Below, one piece after another: positions 1-9,417 of a stretch of 64,000 nucleotides of DNA. Within the stretch, counting starts at the first letter, position 1; each line of letters opens with the position of its first letter. Origin of the DNA: an uncultured delta proteobacterium. Its GTDB lineage: Bacteria; Myxococcota_A; Polyangia; Polyangiales; Houyiibacteriaceae. The notes beneath the pieces were generated by a model. The model was not told the DNA's origin and ran no database searches. It saw only the letters and a list, made by a program, of their open reading frames with translations. Location of the stretch: assembly GCA_963699755.1 (NCBI GenBank), contig CAVOVB010000010.1, positions 1-64,000 of the forward strand, read 5' to 3'. The translations under genes were made by a program, and so were the position numbers.

Positions 1-30
1 GCGGACGATTCGCGGAGTGACAAGGAGCTC

Positions 31-399
31 CTAGCGCAGCTTGTCGATGGCCTCTTCCCACTGCTTCCCATCGAAGGGTTGAACCTTGAACGCGTCGAGG
101 TTCACGTCATCGAGGCAGCGGAGGTTCACGTCGATTGCGTTCGGGTGGGAGCGTGGCCTGTAGAAGGAGTGGATGCCGCACGTCGAACAGAAGTGGTGCT
201 TCGCCGTATGCGTACCGAATGTATAGGTCGTGAGGTGGTCGCGCCCGCGGACAAGATCAAAGTCCGCTTCGTCGACGACGACGTGGATGAACCCCTTCTT
301 CGAGCAGATACTACAGTTGCATTCGACTGCTTTCGCTTCGCGAACCGCGACGCGGTAACGCACCGCGCCGCAGTGGCAACCACCTTCGTACAACGTCAT
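31..399 (-). CDS. GFA family (CENP-V/GFA) zinc-binding protein
   Basis: GGCHCGAV, CNCSIC and HFCSTCG motifs; start moved to MTLYEG (ATG 399) with GGGAG RBS. Confidence 0.9.
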   Translation of the reverse strand: MTLYEGGCHCGAVRYRVAVREAKAVECNCSICSKKGFIHVVVDEADFDLVRGRDHLTTYTFGTHTAKHHFCSTCGIHSFYRPRSHPNAIDVNLRCLDDVNLDAFKVQPFDGKQWEEAIDKLR

Positions 400-480
400 C
401 GCGTACTCCCGAACCGTGTGGGGTTCATTTTGGACTCCAGAATTTGAATTTGATGATCGCGCAGGGCTCATGCGTTCCAC

Positions 481-1128
481 TCACAGGAGCGCGTCGTACT
501 TAGGGATTGCAATGCTCTTCTCCGCGAGCCTCGTCCACTTCGCAACGGAAGGTTGCTCCCAGATGCCCGCCTCCCATCTGGCAACTTGGCCTTGAAGCGG
601 CACGCCGTAAGTTCGGAATCGACTCAGGACGGGCACGTACATGCAATCGGCGATGGAGAAGTCGCCGAACAAGTACGGCCCTGGTGACGTGGCGAGCGAC
701 GCGTTCCAGATGTCGAGAACGCGTTCAATCTCGCGCGAGGTCTCGTCACTAGGCGAGAACCGAGTCGACCTACCACGGTAGTTCATCGCCATCTCGTTTC
801 GGATGCTCATAAACCCAGTGCTCATCTCGGTGCTCACCGCCCGTGCGCGTGCACGAAGCGAAGGATCATCCGGCCAGAGTTTGGCCGCGGGAAACCGTTC
901 GGCCGCGTACTCGCAAATCGCCAGCGCCTCGTGAACACTGAGATTGGCGTCGATGAGAATCGGCACCTTCCCCGCACCCGAGAACCGGAGAACTTTTTCT
1001 CGCCAATCCGGATCGACGAAGAGCGCTATCTCATGCGTCTTGAAATCGGCGCCTGAATGGTCGAGTGCGAGCCAGGCGCGAACGGACCATGAGGAGTAAT
1101 TGAGCGGAGCGATGACCAGGCGCATCAT
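481..1128 (-). CDS. Glutathione S-transferase family protein
   Basis: NYSSWSVRAW N-terminus, GKVPIL, FGDFSIADCMY. Confidence 0.9.
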   Translation of the reverse strand: MMRLVIAPLNYSSWSVRAWLALDHSGADFKTHEIALFVDPDWREKVLRFSGAGKVPILIDANLSVHEALAICEYAAERFPAAKLWPDDPSLRARARAVSTEMSTGFMSIRNEMAMNYRGRSTRFSPSDETSREIERVLDIWNASLATSPGPYLFGDFSIADCMYVPVLSRFRTYGVPLQGQVARWEAGIWEQPSVAKWTRLAEKSIAIPKYDALL

Positions 1129-1373
1129 GGGCCTGGGGTATCACCCGGTGGCACGATTCGCACACGGATTGCACGCTGAGGGATTCGTGCTTCGACCGAC
1201 CTTTCTCGTGGCCGAGAGAGTCGGCATGAGAGCCTAGAACTACGCAAATTGGGAGCTAGCGGAACGTTGGGGCCTTTGCTGAAATCGGGCGGCGGCCTTC
1301 GAGCGAGTGTAACCGCTGAGGTTGCGAAAGACGCCCCTGTTCGCAGGTTCATGGCGACACTACACTGCGTGGG

Positions 1374-1877
1374 ATGGACTGGCGCGCGTACGCTGTGCAG
1401 ATGGCGGGCTACAATCGGTGGATGAACGGCAAAGTCTACGAGATATGCCAGTCCATCACGGATTCGGATCGCAAGAAAGACCTAGGTGCGTTCTTCGGTA
1501 GCATTCATCACACGCTTGACCATATTCTTTGGGCGGACGATGCAATGCTGATTCGCTTGCGCGAAGAGGACAGCAGCATCGAGCCTTACCGGGCACCCAT
1601 GATCGCCGATTTCGAGGAGCTTCAACGCCGCCGTCAGCATACGGATGCCCAGATCGGCCAGTGGGCAAGCGAGATAGACAACGCGTCGCTGATGGCGCCG
1701 TACGAGTTCGTGAGCGTGATGTACGGCAAGAGCAGGATTGTCCCTCGGTACGTGCTCGCGATGCACCTCTTCAACCATCAGACCCACCACCGCGGCCAAG
1801 TCACCACGCTGCTTTCGCAGCTGGGCCACGATGTGGGGATCACAGACCTCCCGTGGGTCCCCGATACGGCGTCTTAG
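1374..1877 (+). CDS. DinB family protein
   Basis: YNRWMN, FFGSIHHTLDHIL, HLFNHQTHHRGQ metal-binding His motifs. Confidence 0.92.
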   Translation: MDWRAYAVQMAGYNRWMNGKVYEICQSITDSDRKKDLGAFFGSIHHTLDHILWADDAMLIRLREEDSSIEPYRAPMIADFEELQRRRQHTDAQIGQWASEIDNASLMAPYEFVSVMYGKSRIVPRYVLAMHLFNHQTHHRGQVTTLLSQLGHDVGITDLPWVPDTAS

Positions 1878-1895
1878 TGACGACGAAACGGCCGT

Positions 1896-2039
1896 GTCGT
1901 CCGCACCCGAATGTTCGTCACCGACATCGAACTCTGGGAGGAATGCGGCCGTGCCAATTCGGAGTTCTTCGGAGCGGAGCGTCCTACGACCACGATGGTT
2001 GAAGTGAATCGCCTCATCGATCTCGACATGCCGATCGAG
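1896..2039 (+). pseudogene. RidA/YjgF family C-terminal fragment
   Basis: Translates to VVRTRMFVTDIELWEECGRANSEFFGAERPTTTMVEVNRLIDLDMPIE; N-terminal half and the final residues are missing. Confidence 0.75.
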
Positions 2040-2047
2040 AGGCCCGG

Positions 2048-2110
2048 GCCGGATTTGAGCGCCACGTGTTCTTCCGCATGATGCGGCACACGGCCTGCTC
2101 GAACCTCTAC
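2048..2110 (+). pseudogene. Remnant of a XerC-like tyrosine recombinase (box II region)
   Basis: AGFERHVFFRMMRHTACSNLY resembles a decayed H-x-L-R-H-T box II; only about 21 codons. Confidence 0.5.
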
Positions 2111-2415
2111 GCGCTGTCCAATGCGGATTTCGGAGCATCGCGATCACCGATGCCTTCCGGTCCGTTCGGACAATCGCGCGCCAAAGCTTGCCCCCTCAGA
2201 TGTGAGGTGGATCACAGGGACACTAATTCTCGATATCGCTTTTGGTTCCGGCACCTTGAGGACGCTCTCTGGATGCCCCGGACAACATTTTGGGGGGCAA
2301 AACCGATAATAGGGAGTGGAGGCAGTCGTTCATCGCACGGAGATGGACGGCGCTCGGCTGCAGAGAGGAATATCGGACTTGAGTCAAACCAGTCGCCGGC
2401 AAGAGATGGGTTCGC

Positions 2416-2577
2416 ATGACCGTGGTTCACGATCGGCCTCGTCCGCGGAGGGACCCAGGGTTCACGATTCTCGCGGACGCCCCGATTCCCGGGTCACGGT
2501 CGGTGGTTCGGGAAGCCGCTCGCACTGCACGGAAGGCGCGGACGAAGCGCATTGCCCAAGGGAAGCAAACGCGCTGA
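2416..2577 (+). CDS. Small basic hypothetical protein (53 aa), translationally coupled to the HTH gene
   Basis: ATG 2416 to TGA 2575-2577, with TGATG overlap onto the ATG at 2577. Confidence 0.3.
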   Translation: MTVVHDRPRPRRDPGFTILADAPIPGSRSVVREAARTARKARTKRIAQGKQTR

Positions 2578-3101
2578 TGGCTGGCTCCCTCGGTGAAGGC
2601 GAGATCTACACGGTCGAGGATGTGGCGCCCTTCCTCGGCATGACGCCGAACGGCGTCCGATCCGCTGTGCACCGGGGCCAGCTCAAACCGTGTGGCCGTG
2701 GACCCCGAAATAAGCTGGTGTTCCACGTCGACGAACTAAAGAGGTTCTTCAGGGATCGCGCAATCGGCTATAGTGCCCGGCGACACGCAACACCCGGGGC
2801 GCCGAAAGGAGAGAGCCATGCGTTACCCGGGAGTGAAGAGTATCGGCCGCGGCCGGTACAAGATTCGAGCAACCATCATTTGTCCGAAGACCGGAAAGCG
2901 GAAGGACACGGAGAGAATGATCGAGGCGAAGAACACGGCGGAGGCGTTTCAGAAGCGGGAGGAGCTACGGATCAAGCTCCAAGCCGCCAACGACACGCAA
3001 GCGTCTCGTCTTCGTCTCGGCGAATACGCGGAATTGTGGATGCGTTCGAAACTTCGCGAGCTGAAACCCAGCACACGAAGGCATTACGCAAGCATTCTTG
3101 A
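2577..3101 (+). CDS. Excisionase-like helix-turn-helix DNA-binding protein
   Basis: IYTVEDVAPFLGMTPNGVRSAVHRGQL...LVFHVDELKRF is HTH_17/Xis-like; lies directly upstream of and overlaps the integrase. Confidence 0.7.
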   Translation: MAGSLGEGEIYTVEDVAPFLGMTPNGVRSAVHRGQLKPCGRGPRNKLVFHVDELKRFFRDRAIGYSARRHATPGAPKGESHALPGSEEYRPRPVQDSSNHHLSEDRKAEGHGENDRGEEHGGGVSEAGGATDQAPSRQRHASVSSSSRRIRGIVDAFETSRAETQHTKALRKHS

Positions 3102-3994
3102 TCTGCACATTTTGCCGCAACTCGGCGACTACTACGTCGACGCGATCCATCCGACCGATGTCGTCCGCTGGCGTGACCAGCAGCCCGGAAGACCGCGAAC
3201 CGTCAACTGTCGGCTCGGGGTGTTGCGGACGCTACTGCGATCCGCACACGAAGAGCTTGAACTACCTCGAGATCCATACGGCCGAACGAAGCAGGTTTCG
3301 CTCGATGAGCACGAGCCGCGCGACTTTCGACCCGAGGAGCTCAGGGCCATCTTGGGATGGGTTCGTGAGCATGAGCCAAGGTGGTACCCGCTACTGCTGA
3401 CGCTGACGTTCACGGCCGCACGTTTTGGAGAGATTGCCGCCCTACAGTGGGGCGACATTGACTGGCAGAATCGCGAGATTCGGATCTCCAGGTCCGTATG
3501 GCGCGGGCACGTCAGCACCACAAAGACCGGCAGCGTGCGGCGGGTTCCGTTGCTCCCTGCCGTCGATGCGGTCTTGCGGGCACACCGAAGGGAGCCCGTC
3601 TGGGGTCTGCCCGAATGGGACGGGAGAGGATCTGGTCTTCTGTTCGCGGCGAGGGACGCACCATGTCCCAAGCGGCTTCAATCCGGTGCTTCACCGGGCT
3701 GTCGAGGCCCTTGGGCTCCCAAGACGGCGGGGCGGGGCACACCGGCTCCGGCACTCGGCCAATAACCTCCTCCGACAGGTCACCGGGGCGGAGGTCGTTC
3801 GCAGCATCACGGGTCACGAGGACTCGGCGATGACCTGGCACTATTCCCACATCCAAGCCGATGAGAAGAATTCCGCGATGTTACGGGTCTACGACCGCGT
3901 TGTGGGAGCTTCGAGTGAGGTTGGTGTGGGAGTGGGAGTGGGATCCCACAGCCTCGAAGGGAATGTGATCCCGCTAAAGCCCCGGACTCATTAG
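2818..3994 (+). pseudogene. Tyrosine recombinase/integrase with a +1 frameshift near 3600-3620
   Basis: Frame 1 has SAM-like domain, TAARFGEIAALQWGDID and TTKTG; frame 2 has HRLRH, ITGH and TWHY; AGGAG RBS before ATG 2818. Confidence 0.85.
3902..3949 (+). repeat. GTGGGA repeats and GTGGGATCCCAC palindrome, possible integrase arm-type sites
   Basis: GTGGGA at 3902, 3926, 3932 and 3938, about 80 bp before the junction. Confidence 0.4.
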
Positions 3995-4026
3995 CTTTGT
4001 AAAATATTCTTAGGCTTGGACGTAAT

Positions 4027-4464
4027 GTCCCCTACATGGCCCCCGAGTACGCGCTAGGCCGGCAGTGCAGCGCGCGCTCCGACCTCTTCTCGCTCGGTGT
4101 GCTCCTGTACGAGTGCCTTGCGGGATACCGGCCCTTCGACGGAGGCAGCGACATTCAAACCCTGGACCGAGCTCGCAATGGCCACCACGAGCTCTTGCAC
4201 GAGGCTGCCCCACAGATCCCAGAGCGGATGGCCGATGCCATCGAGTCCTTGTTGGCTCCCGATCCCGAGTGCCGACCGCCGAACGCGGTCGCCTTCCTCG
4301 CGATGTTGAGCGAGGTTCCTCCGCCCCCACTCGCGCAGCGCGACCTCGGTGTGATCGTACGTCTGGTTGAGAAAGAAGACGCCGCCCCGAGCGTGCCCGG
4401 CTTGGCGTCAACGCAGCCCGCGCCTACTCGGCGTCCCCGGAAACGCGCTCCATTTCGTCGGTAG
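4027..4464 (+). pseudogene. 3' half of a Ser/Thr protein kinase (from subdomain VIII onward)
   Basis: VPYMAPEY...[20 protein letters not shown]...LAPDPECRP; in-frame TAA at 4000-4002 upstream, subdomains I-VII absent. Confidence 0.85.
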
Positions 4465-6100
4465 TGTTTCCGTAGCGATTCTTCTCTTGCTCTTCGAGCA
4501 AGCTGAGGCCAATGGCCATCGCTTTGCGCACGCGCGACAGAAGCTCGTCGTCGGTGGCGATCTTTTCCACGGCCATCGACAGCTTCGATTCGAGCTGTGA
4601 CTTCACCGCCTCGAGTGAGCCAACACGCGATTCCAAATCGCGCTTGTTGCTTTCGAGGATCTCGACCTTGGTTCGGCTGGCGTCAAGCTCCGCTTGGAGC
4701 CCGTCGCGCGCTTCTTTGACGCTGCCGAGCTCATCCTGGAAGCGATCTCGAATCCCTTGCGTCTCGGTCAACAGGGTCTTGGTGCCTTCTAGCTCGGTGG
4801 TGACTCCGGCCAGCTTGGTTTCGAGCTCGATCGCGCGCTCTTCGTTCATCGCCTCGCGTTCGCGCGCGCCGGAGAGCTCGGTCTCGATGTCGGCAAGCTT
4901 GCGCCCCAAGGTCGCGAGTTGCTTCGAATGCTCTTGCTCCTGCGTCTCGATTTCGAGTTGCTTTTCGCCCTGAAGCGCGGCTTCGCGCTCTTCCATGGTT
5001 CGCCGCCACTGAGCCTCGGCCTCGGCCATCTTGGCCGAAGCAGCCGTCTTCAGATCCTCGGTCAGCGAAGCGAGCGCGGCCTGCCTGGCCGCATCTGCAG
5101 CTGCTGCGGCTTGAGCCAGTGCACTAGCTTGCGCGTCGGCAAGCTCCGAACGAAGCGACGCTAGCGCGGTTTCTTTCTCGCTCGTGGCCGCGTGCAAAGC
5201 CGCTTCGGCGTCTTCCCGCGCATTCGCGAGCGCTGCTGCCCCTTCGGCCTTCGCAAGGTCCAGGGCCTCTTCCTGCGCCACTCGGAGCCTCGCCATCTCG
5301 GCGTCATTCGTGTTCTTCAGGGCTTCGACGTCCGCTACCCGAGCCTCACGCTCTTGTGCGAGCTCAGCCTCGAGGGTTTGCGCCTTGGCGCTCTCGCGCT
5401 CGAAGCGTCCCTTGATGTCTTCGTACCGCTTGTTCGCGCTCTCCTTGTCCTCGGTCAAGGTGGCTATGGATTCCTGGGCCGTCGACAGGGAGTGCTCGAG
5501 CTCGGCGGTTTTCTCGTCGAAATCAGCGCGCGCCCTCTCGAGGAGGATCGACTGATCCCTGAGATCGATGATTTCTTTGTCACGCGCGCTCACCTGATCG
5601 CGGAGCTCGAGAATCTGTTTGTCCTTCGTGTTGAGCGCTTCCCGAAGATCGAGGAACTGGCGGCTGGACACGCCACCAGATGATTCCGCGAGCTTTGCCT
5701 TGAGCCCGGAGATCTCCGAACGCAATCGGGCAACCTCTATCTGCGCCGTTGCAGCTCCCTCGAACGGTGCGGGCGGCGCAGTTGCAGGTCGCGCGGCGGC
5801 GGGGCGTACGGAACCCGGCGGCGGTGCCGACGGCGGTGTGGTGGCGTCCGAAATCTCATCGGGCGGAACGTCGGATACCATGATCACATCGTCGAGCTCC
5901 ACGTCCTCGTACTCGCCGGTCCCCTGCTCCAGCGCCTCGACGCCATCTGCGGTCTCGGGGCTCTCGGAGGGCTGCCCGGCCTCGGCACCGATCAAGAGCG
6001 CGTCGAAGGCAGTCTCTGCAAACTCATCGATTTCGTCGTCGATTTCGGTCGACCCTCCGACCCGGCTTGGCAAATCGCTCGACATGTTGTCCTCCGACAT
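4424..6100 (-). CDS. Long coiled-coil protein, AglZ-like, with acidic/Pro-rich N-terminus
   Basis: Extensive heptad repeats; [24 protein letters not shown] and the [14 protein letters not shown] end recall myxobacterial AglZ (from memory, unverified). Confidence 0.6.
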   Translation of the reverse strand: MSEDNMSSDLPSRVGGSTEIDDEIDEFAETAFDALLIGAEAGQPSESPETADGVEALEQGTGEYEDVELDDVIMVSDVPPDEISDATTPPSAPPPGSVRPAAARPATAPPAPFEGAATAQIEVARLRSEISGLKAKLAESSGGVSSRQFLDLREALNTKDKQILELRDQVSARDKEIIDLRDQSILLERARADFDEKTAELEHSLSTAQESIATLTEDKESANKRYEDIKGRFERESAKAQTLEAELAQEREARVADVEALKNTNDAEMARLRVAQEEALDLAKAEGAAALANAREDAEAALHAATSEKETALASLRSELADAQASALAQAAAAADAARQAALASLTEDLKTAASAKMAEAEAQWRRTMEEREAALQGEKQLEIETQEQEHSKQLATLGRKLADIETELSGAREREAMNEERAIELETKLAGVTTELEGTKTLLTETQGIRDRFQDELGSVKEARDGLQAELDASRTKVEILESNKRDLESRVGSLEAVKSQLESKLSMAVEKIATDDELLSRVRKAMAIGLSLLEEQEKNRYGNTTDEMERVSGDAE

Positions 6101-6279
6101 CTGGTCTCCCCTTCGATTCCCCTGGCAAGGCTAGCAGCGATCTCGTCCCTTGAACGAAACTGCTTCTAACCGAGCCCTCGGCGCATGCAAACTTACGCCT
6201 CCATCAAAAGAGAATAGAGGCCCAGCGGCTGCGCTGTCAACGTTGTGTAGGCGGCAAAACGCAGGACCGGGAGCACGTT

Positions 6280-7071
6280 TCAGTCGGCGACGAGGGCGTT
6301 GGCCGCGATTTCGAAAAGCACCGGGCGATCCAGGTCTCCGAAAAAGGCGTAATTGACCCCTCCCTGCTGGCGGATCGTCACCACGCTACCGCCTACATCG
6401 TGATAGTAAAGCTCACGGCCACCGACATGTATTCGGTGAGCGTTCCGCATAATCTCGGGGGACTGGAAGACCAGGAGGGTGACGCGGCGACCGCCGTGCA
6501 TGTAGTAGAGGGCGGCGGCTGGATGGGCCCCGACTTTGATGTAGCGAGCGCCAACGAACACCATGTCCGGCTCGGCGAACCGCGCCGGCTTCACTGGAAA
6601 CGGGGTCTTGCCTTGGAAGTAGCGAACGACATCCTGCGGCGCTTCCGCTTGGACGTCCGACGGCAGAGCCTGCGAATGCAGATTCACCACGTCCTGGAGC
6701 ATTCCAGCTCCCTGGTAGTCCGTGCTGGCCGGCAAACGCGTGACCCCACCGACGATGAGGACCGCAGCCGCAGCCGCGGCGATCGGCCAGGTCTGCCTCC
6801 AGCGCATTGGCCGCGCCTCGATCGAAGTGCGCTCCGCCCGAGTGGCGTCGATCTCGTCCAAGCGATGAAGCGTTCGGCCCCAAAGATGCTCGGGCGCTTG
6901 AACGGGACCGATCGACTCGCGGGTCAGTTGCCGCAACGAGCGTTCAAACGCGAGATTCTCCTGACAACCCGGGCATGCGTCCAGGTGGCGTTCGAACTCG
7001 ATCTGCGATGCTGGATCGAGCTCTCCGTCAACGAAAGCGCCGAGGTGCCGTCGCACGAGCCTGCAGCTCAT
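6280..7071 (-). CDS. Zinc-binding (zf-HC2/ZAS) membrane anti-sigma factor
   Basis: FVDGELD...HLDACPGC (HxxxCxxC), one TM segment; ATGA overlap with the sigma gene. Confidence 0.9.
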   Translation of the reverse strand: MSCRLVRRHLGAFVDGELDPASQIEFERHLDACPGCQENLAFERSLRQLTRESIGPVQAPEHLWGRTLHRLDEIDATRAERTSIEARPMRWRQTWPIAAAAAAVLIVGGVTRLPASTDYQGAGMLQDVVNLHSQALPSDVQAEAPQDVVRYFQGKTPFPVKPARFAEPDMVFVGARYIKVGAHPAAALYYMHGGRRVTLLVFQSPEIMRNAHRIHVGGRELYYHDVGGSVVTIRQQGGVNYAFFGDLDRPVLFEIAANALVAD

Positions 7072-7712
7072 GACCGTGCCTCCTTTCGCGCACGAAACGC
7101 TTCGAGTGGAATCGGATCTTCGACTTTGTCGTCTGCTTCGATGATGCCGAGCTGCACCGCGTGTTTCTGTAGTGAGCCCTGAAGCTGCTGACGCGCCCGA
7201 TGCAGCCTGGACATGACCGTGCCGATCGGGCAGCCGACAATCTCCGCGATTTCTTTGTACGACAGCTCTTCGACATCCGCGAGCATGACCATGGCGCGCG
7301 CGTCGTCTGAAAGCTCATCGAACGCGCGGCTGATCTCCTGTGCGATCAGCCGCCGTTCCGCATTGCCGACTGGGTCGGTGAGCCCTCGCATGCTTGCGCG
7401 GCTCATCACGCCTTCCCCCACCGGTGTTGCCATCGGCCCATCGAATACCTGCTTCTCGCGGGCCGCCCGGCGGTAGCGGTTGACGAAGGTGTTCATCTGG
7501 ATTTTCAAAAGCCAGGCCTTGAAGTTCGTCCCAGCCTCGAAACGGTCGTAGAAGCGGTAGGCCCGTACCAGGGTGTCCTGCACGAGATCCTCGGCGTCCA
7601 CTGGAGCACGCGTAAGGCGCAACGCCATCGAGTAGAGCATGTCGAGATGGGGTCGCGCCTCGGTCTCGAAAAGCTGCCGCTGGGCCTCGACTTTCTTCGA
7701 TTTCTTCGGCAT
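7068..7712 (-). CDS. ECF sigma-70 factor
   Basis: DAEDLVQDT, FKAWLLKI, LSYKEIAEIVGCPIGTVMSRLHRAR. Confidence 0.95.
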   Translation of the reverse strand: MPKKSKKVEAQRQLFETEARPHLDMLYSMALRLTRAPVDAEDLVQDTLVRAYRFYDRFEAGTNFKAWLLKIQMNTFVNRYRRAAREKQVFDGPMATPVGEGVMSRASMRGLTDPVGNAERRLIAQEISRAFDELSDDARAMVMLADVEELSYKEIAEIVGCPIGTVMSRLHRARQQLQGSLQKHAVQLGIIEADDKVEDPIPLEAFRARKEARS

Positions 7713-7742
7713 GCCTGCTCCTAGAACCCCTCGGACCAGGAA

Positions 7743-8246
7743 CTATTCCACACTATCAGGCGGCTCGTCTTTTGGGGAACCCTGGCGCAGCTTGGCCTCT
7801 AGCTCTTCGATTCGATTCTGAAGCCGGAGCACTTCACCTTGTAGCTGCTTCACGTGGGCCGCCGCGCTCTCGAGGACGGCACGAACGCGGTCATCGGCGG
7901 CGTTGTAAACCTCGGTGCCGAGCTCCTCGGCACGGCCGACGAGCTTCCCCACTGGCCCTTCTTTCAGTGAATTCAGGAGCCTCTTGCGTCCTTGCAGGAT
8001 GAAGCCTCGGAGGCTTTGCACCGACCAGGCTGTAGCGTTTCCGCTCTTCTGCTCTTCATAGATGATCTGCGCGAGCGTGACCTTCGTCAGGTCGCTCTTC
8101 GAGCGGTTGTCGAGGATCTTGACCTCTTCGCCGTTGCGGACCAGCTCAGCGATACGGTCGAGCGTGACGTAGCGACTGTCGCGGGTGTCGTAGAGCTTGC
8201 GATTCGCATAGCGCTTGATGACCCGAATCTGTTCCGCTTCTGGCAT
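7743..8246 (-). CDS. PHA-synthesis-regulator (PhaR-like) DNA-binding domain protein
   Basis: VIKRYANRKLYDTRDSRYVTL...DLTKVTLAQII; start at MPEAEQ. Confidence 0.85.
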   Translation of the reverse strand: MPEAEQIRVIKRYANRKLYDTRDSRYVTLDRIAELVRNGEEVKILDNRSKSDLTKVTLAQIIYEEQKSGNATAWSVQSLRGFILQGRKRLLNSLKEGPVGKLVGRAEELGTEVYNAADDRVRAVLESAAAHVKQLQGEVLRLQNRIEELEAKLRQGSPKDEPPDSVE

Positions 8247-8335
8247 GTGTAGCAACAGGCTAGCCCGGCGACGCACTGCGTCAAGCTGGCACTTTGGGAT
8301 ACCCCCATTAGGCTGGTCAGAGGGGCACCTAGGCC

Positions 8336-9097
8336 GTGGAGCAGGCAACATCGTTCAGGGACCTCTTTCGACGCCTGGCGCGCCTGGAAGAAATCCACAT
8401 GCGTGTCGGCCTCATCTGCGAACGACTGGAGTCCTCGTCAGACGAGGAGGCCGTCCAATTGTTTCACGATGCATACCTCGGGGCGGCACTTGGTGGAGCA
8501 GACGCGCAAATGGCGTTTCTCGCGTTCGGTTGGGCGCTCTTTGATTCACGAGTGGAACCGCGTCGCGAAGCGCTCGGCACGGCGGCGCGCCGCGCAGAGC
8601 TTCATCCGGTAGCCGACTTCATCATGCCGGGCATCGATGACGACGTGATGGCCGAAGACAATCAACGTATACCAGACTTCGGGCGGGGGCGGCCCCTGAC
8701 GCTCGGCGAACGAAAGTCGCTGGCTCGCACGCACGAGCGGTCGTTGATACAGCGCGTCGTCCGAGATCCGCATCCGGACGTCGTGCGCATTCTGCTCGAC
8801 AATCCTTCGCTCACCGAAGAGGACGTCATACGCATCTGTGCTGCGCGACCCAATGATCCGAATGTGCTGCAAACGGTGCACCGCAATCGACGATGGGTCG
8901 TGCGCTACCGTCCGCGCCACGCCATCGTTCGCAACCCCGATACGCCACTCGACACAGCGCTCTTGCTAGCTCCTCTGTTGCGCAAGCCCGAGCTCAAGGA
9001 GGCAGCCACCTCATCGGAGCTGGCCCCAGCGCTGAGGCTCAGCTGCAAGACGATTCTCGAGATGCGGGCCGCAAGGCCTCAGTCGCCAAGCGATTGA
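8336..9097 (+). CDS. Hypothetical protein with helical (LRV/HEAT-like) repeats
   Basis: DPHPDVVRILLDNPSLTE and AIVRNPDTP repeats; fills the gap between neighbouring genes. Confidence 0.7.
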   Translation: MEQATSFRDLFRRLARLEEIHMRVGLICERLESSSDEEAVQLFHDAYLGAALGGADAQMAFLAFGWALFDSRVEPRREALGTAARRAELHPVADFIMPGIDDDVMAEDNQRIPDFGRGRPLTLGERKSLARTHERSLIQRVVRDPHPDVVRILLDNPSLTEEDVIRICAARPNDPNVLQTVHRNRRWVVRYRPRHAIVRNPDTPLDTALLLAPLLRKPELKEAATSSELAPALRLSCKTILEMRAARPQSPSD

Positions 9098-9100
9098 CGG

Positions 9101-9337
9101 CTACTTCGACTCGACCTTGTCGACGACCTCAGCGTCCTCCGCGCGGGAGGCGGCCTGCTTGGGAACCTGCTTCTCCGTTGGGGTCACATCGATGTCATCA
9201 TCGGTGTTCAGACCCCGCTTGAGGTTGCGGATGGCCTTTCCGAGCCCTTCGCCAATTTGAGGCAGCCGTCCGGCGCCGAAAATCAGCATCACGATCAGAA
9301 AAACGATGACTAGCTCGCCGAATCCAAGATTGGGCAC
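9101..9337 (-). CDS. tatA: Twin-arginine translocase TatA/TatE subunit
   Basis: LGFGELVIVFLIVMLIFGAGRLPQIGEGLGKAIRNLK; GTG start with GGAGG RBS. Confidence 0.92.
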   Translation of the reverse strand: MPNLGFGELVIVFLIVMLIFGAGRLPQIGEGLGKAIRNLKRGLNTDDDIDVTPTEKQVPKQAASRAEDAEVVDKVESK

Positions 9338-9417
9338 GGTATCCCCTCCCGTTACCTTCCACGGTACGCCGCCCGGAGGGGGTCTGCAAGCCCAGGGGTG
9401 TGGTATGGGGAGCCAAG

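Larger units (their letters stand above)
2416..4026. mobile_element. Right end of an integrative element; left boundary not found in the window
   Basis: Xis-like gene plus integrase, GTGGGA repeats and an AT-rich stretch, then an abrupt switch to kinase coding sequence at about 4027. Confidence 0.6.

Noticed and set aside
2209..3971. GGATCACA (2209) / TGTGATCC (3964) as terminal inverted repeats of the first element
   Set aside because: Only 8 bp and not extendable; tyrosine-integrase elements are bounded by att cores, not TIRs.
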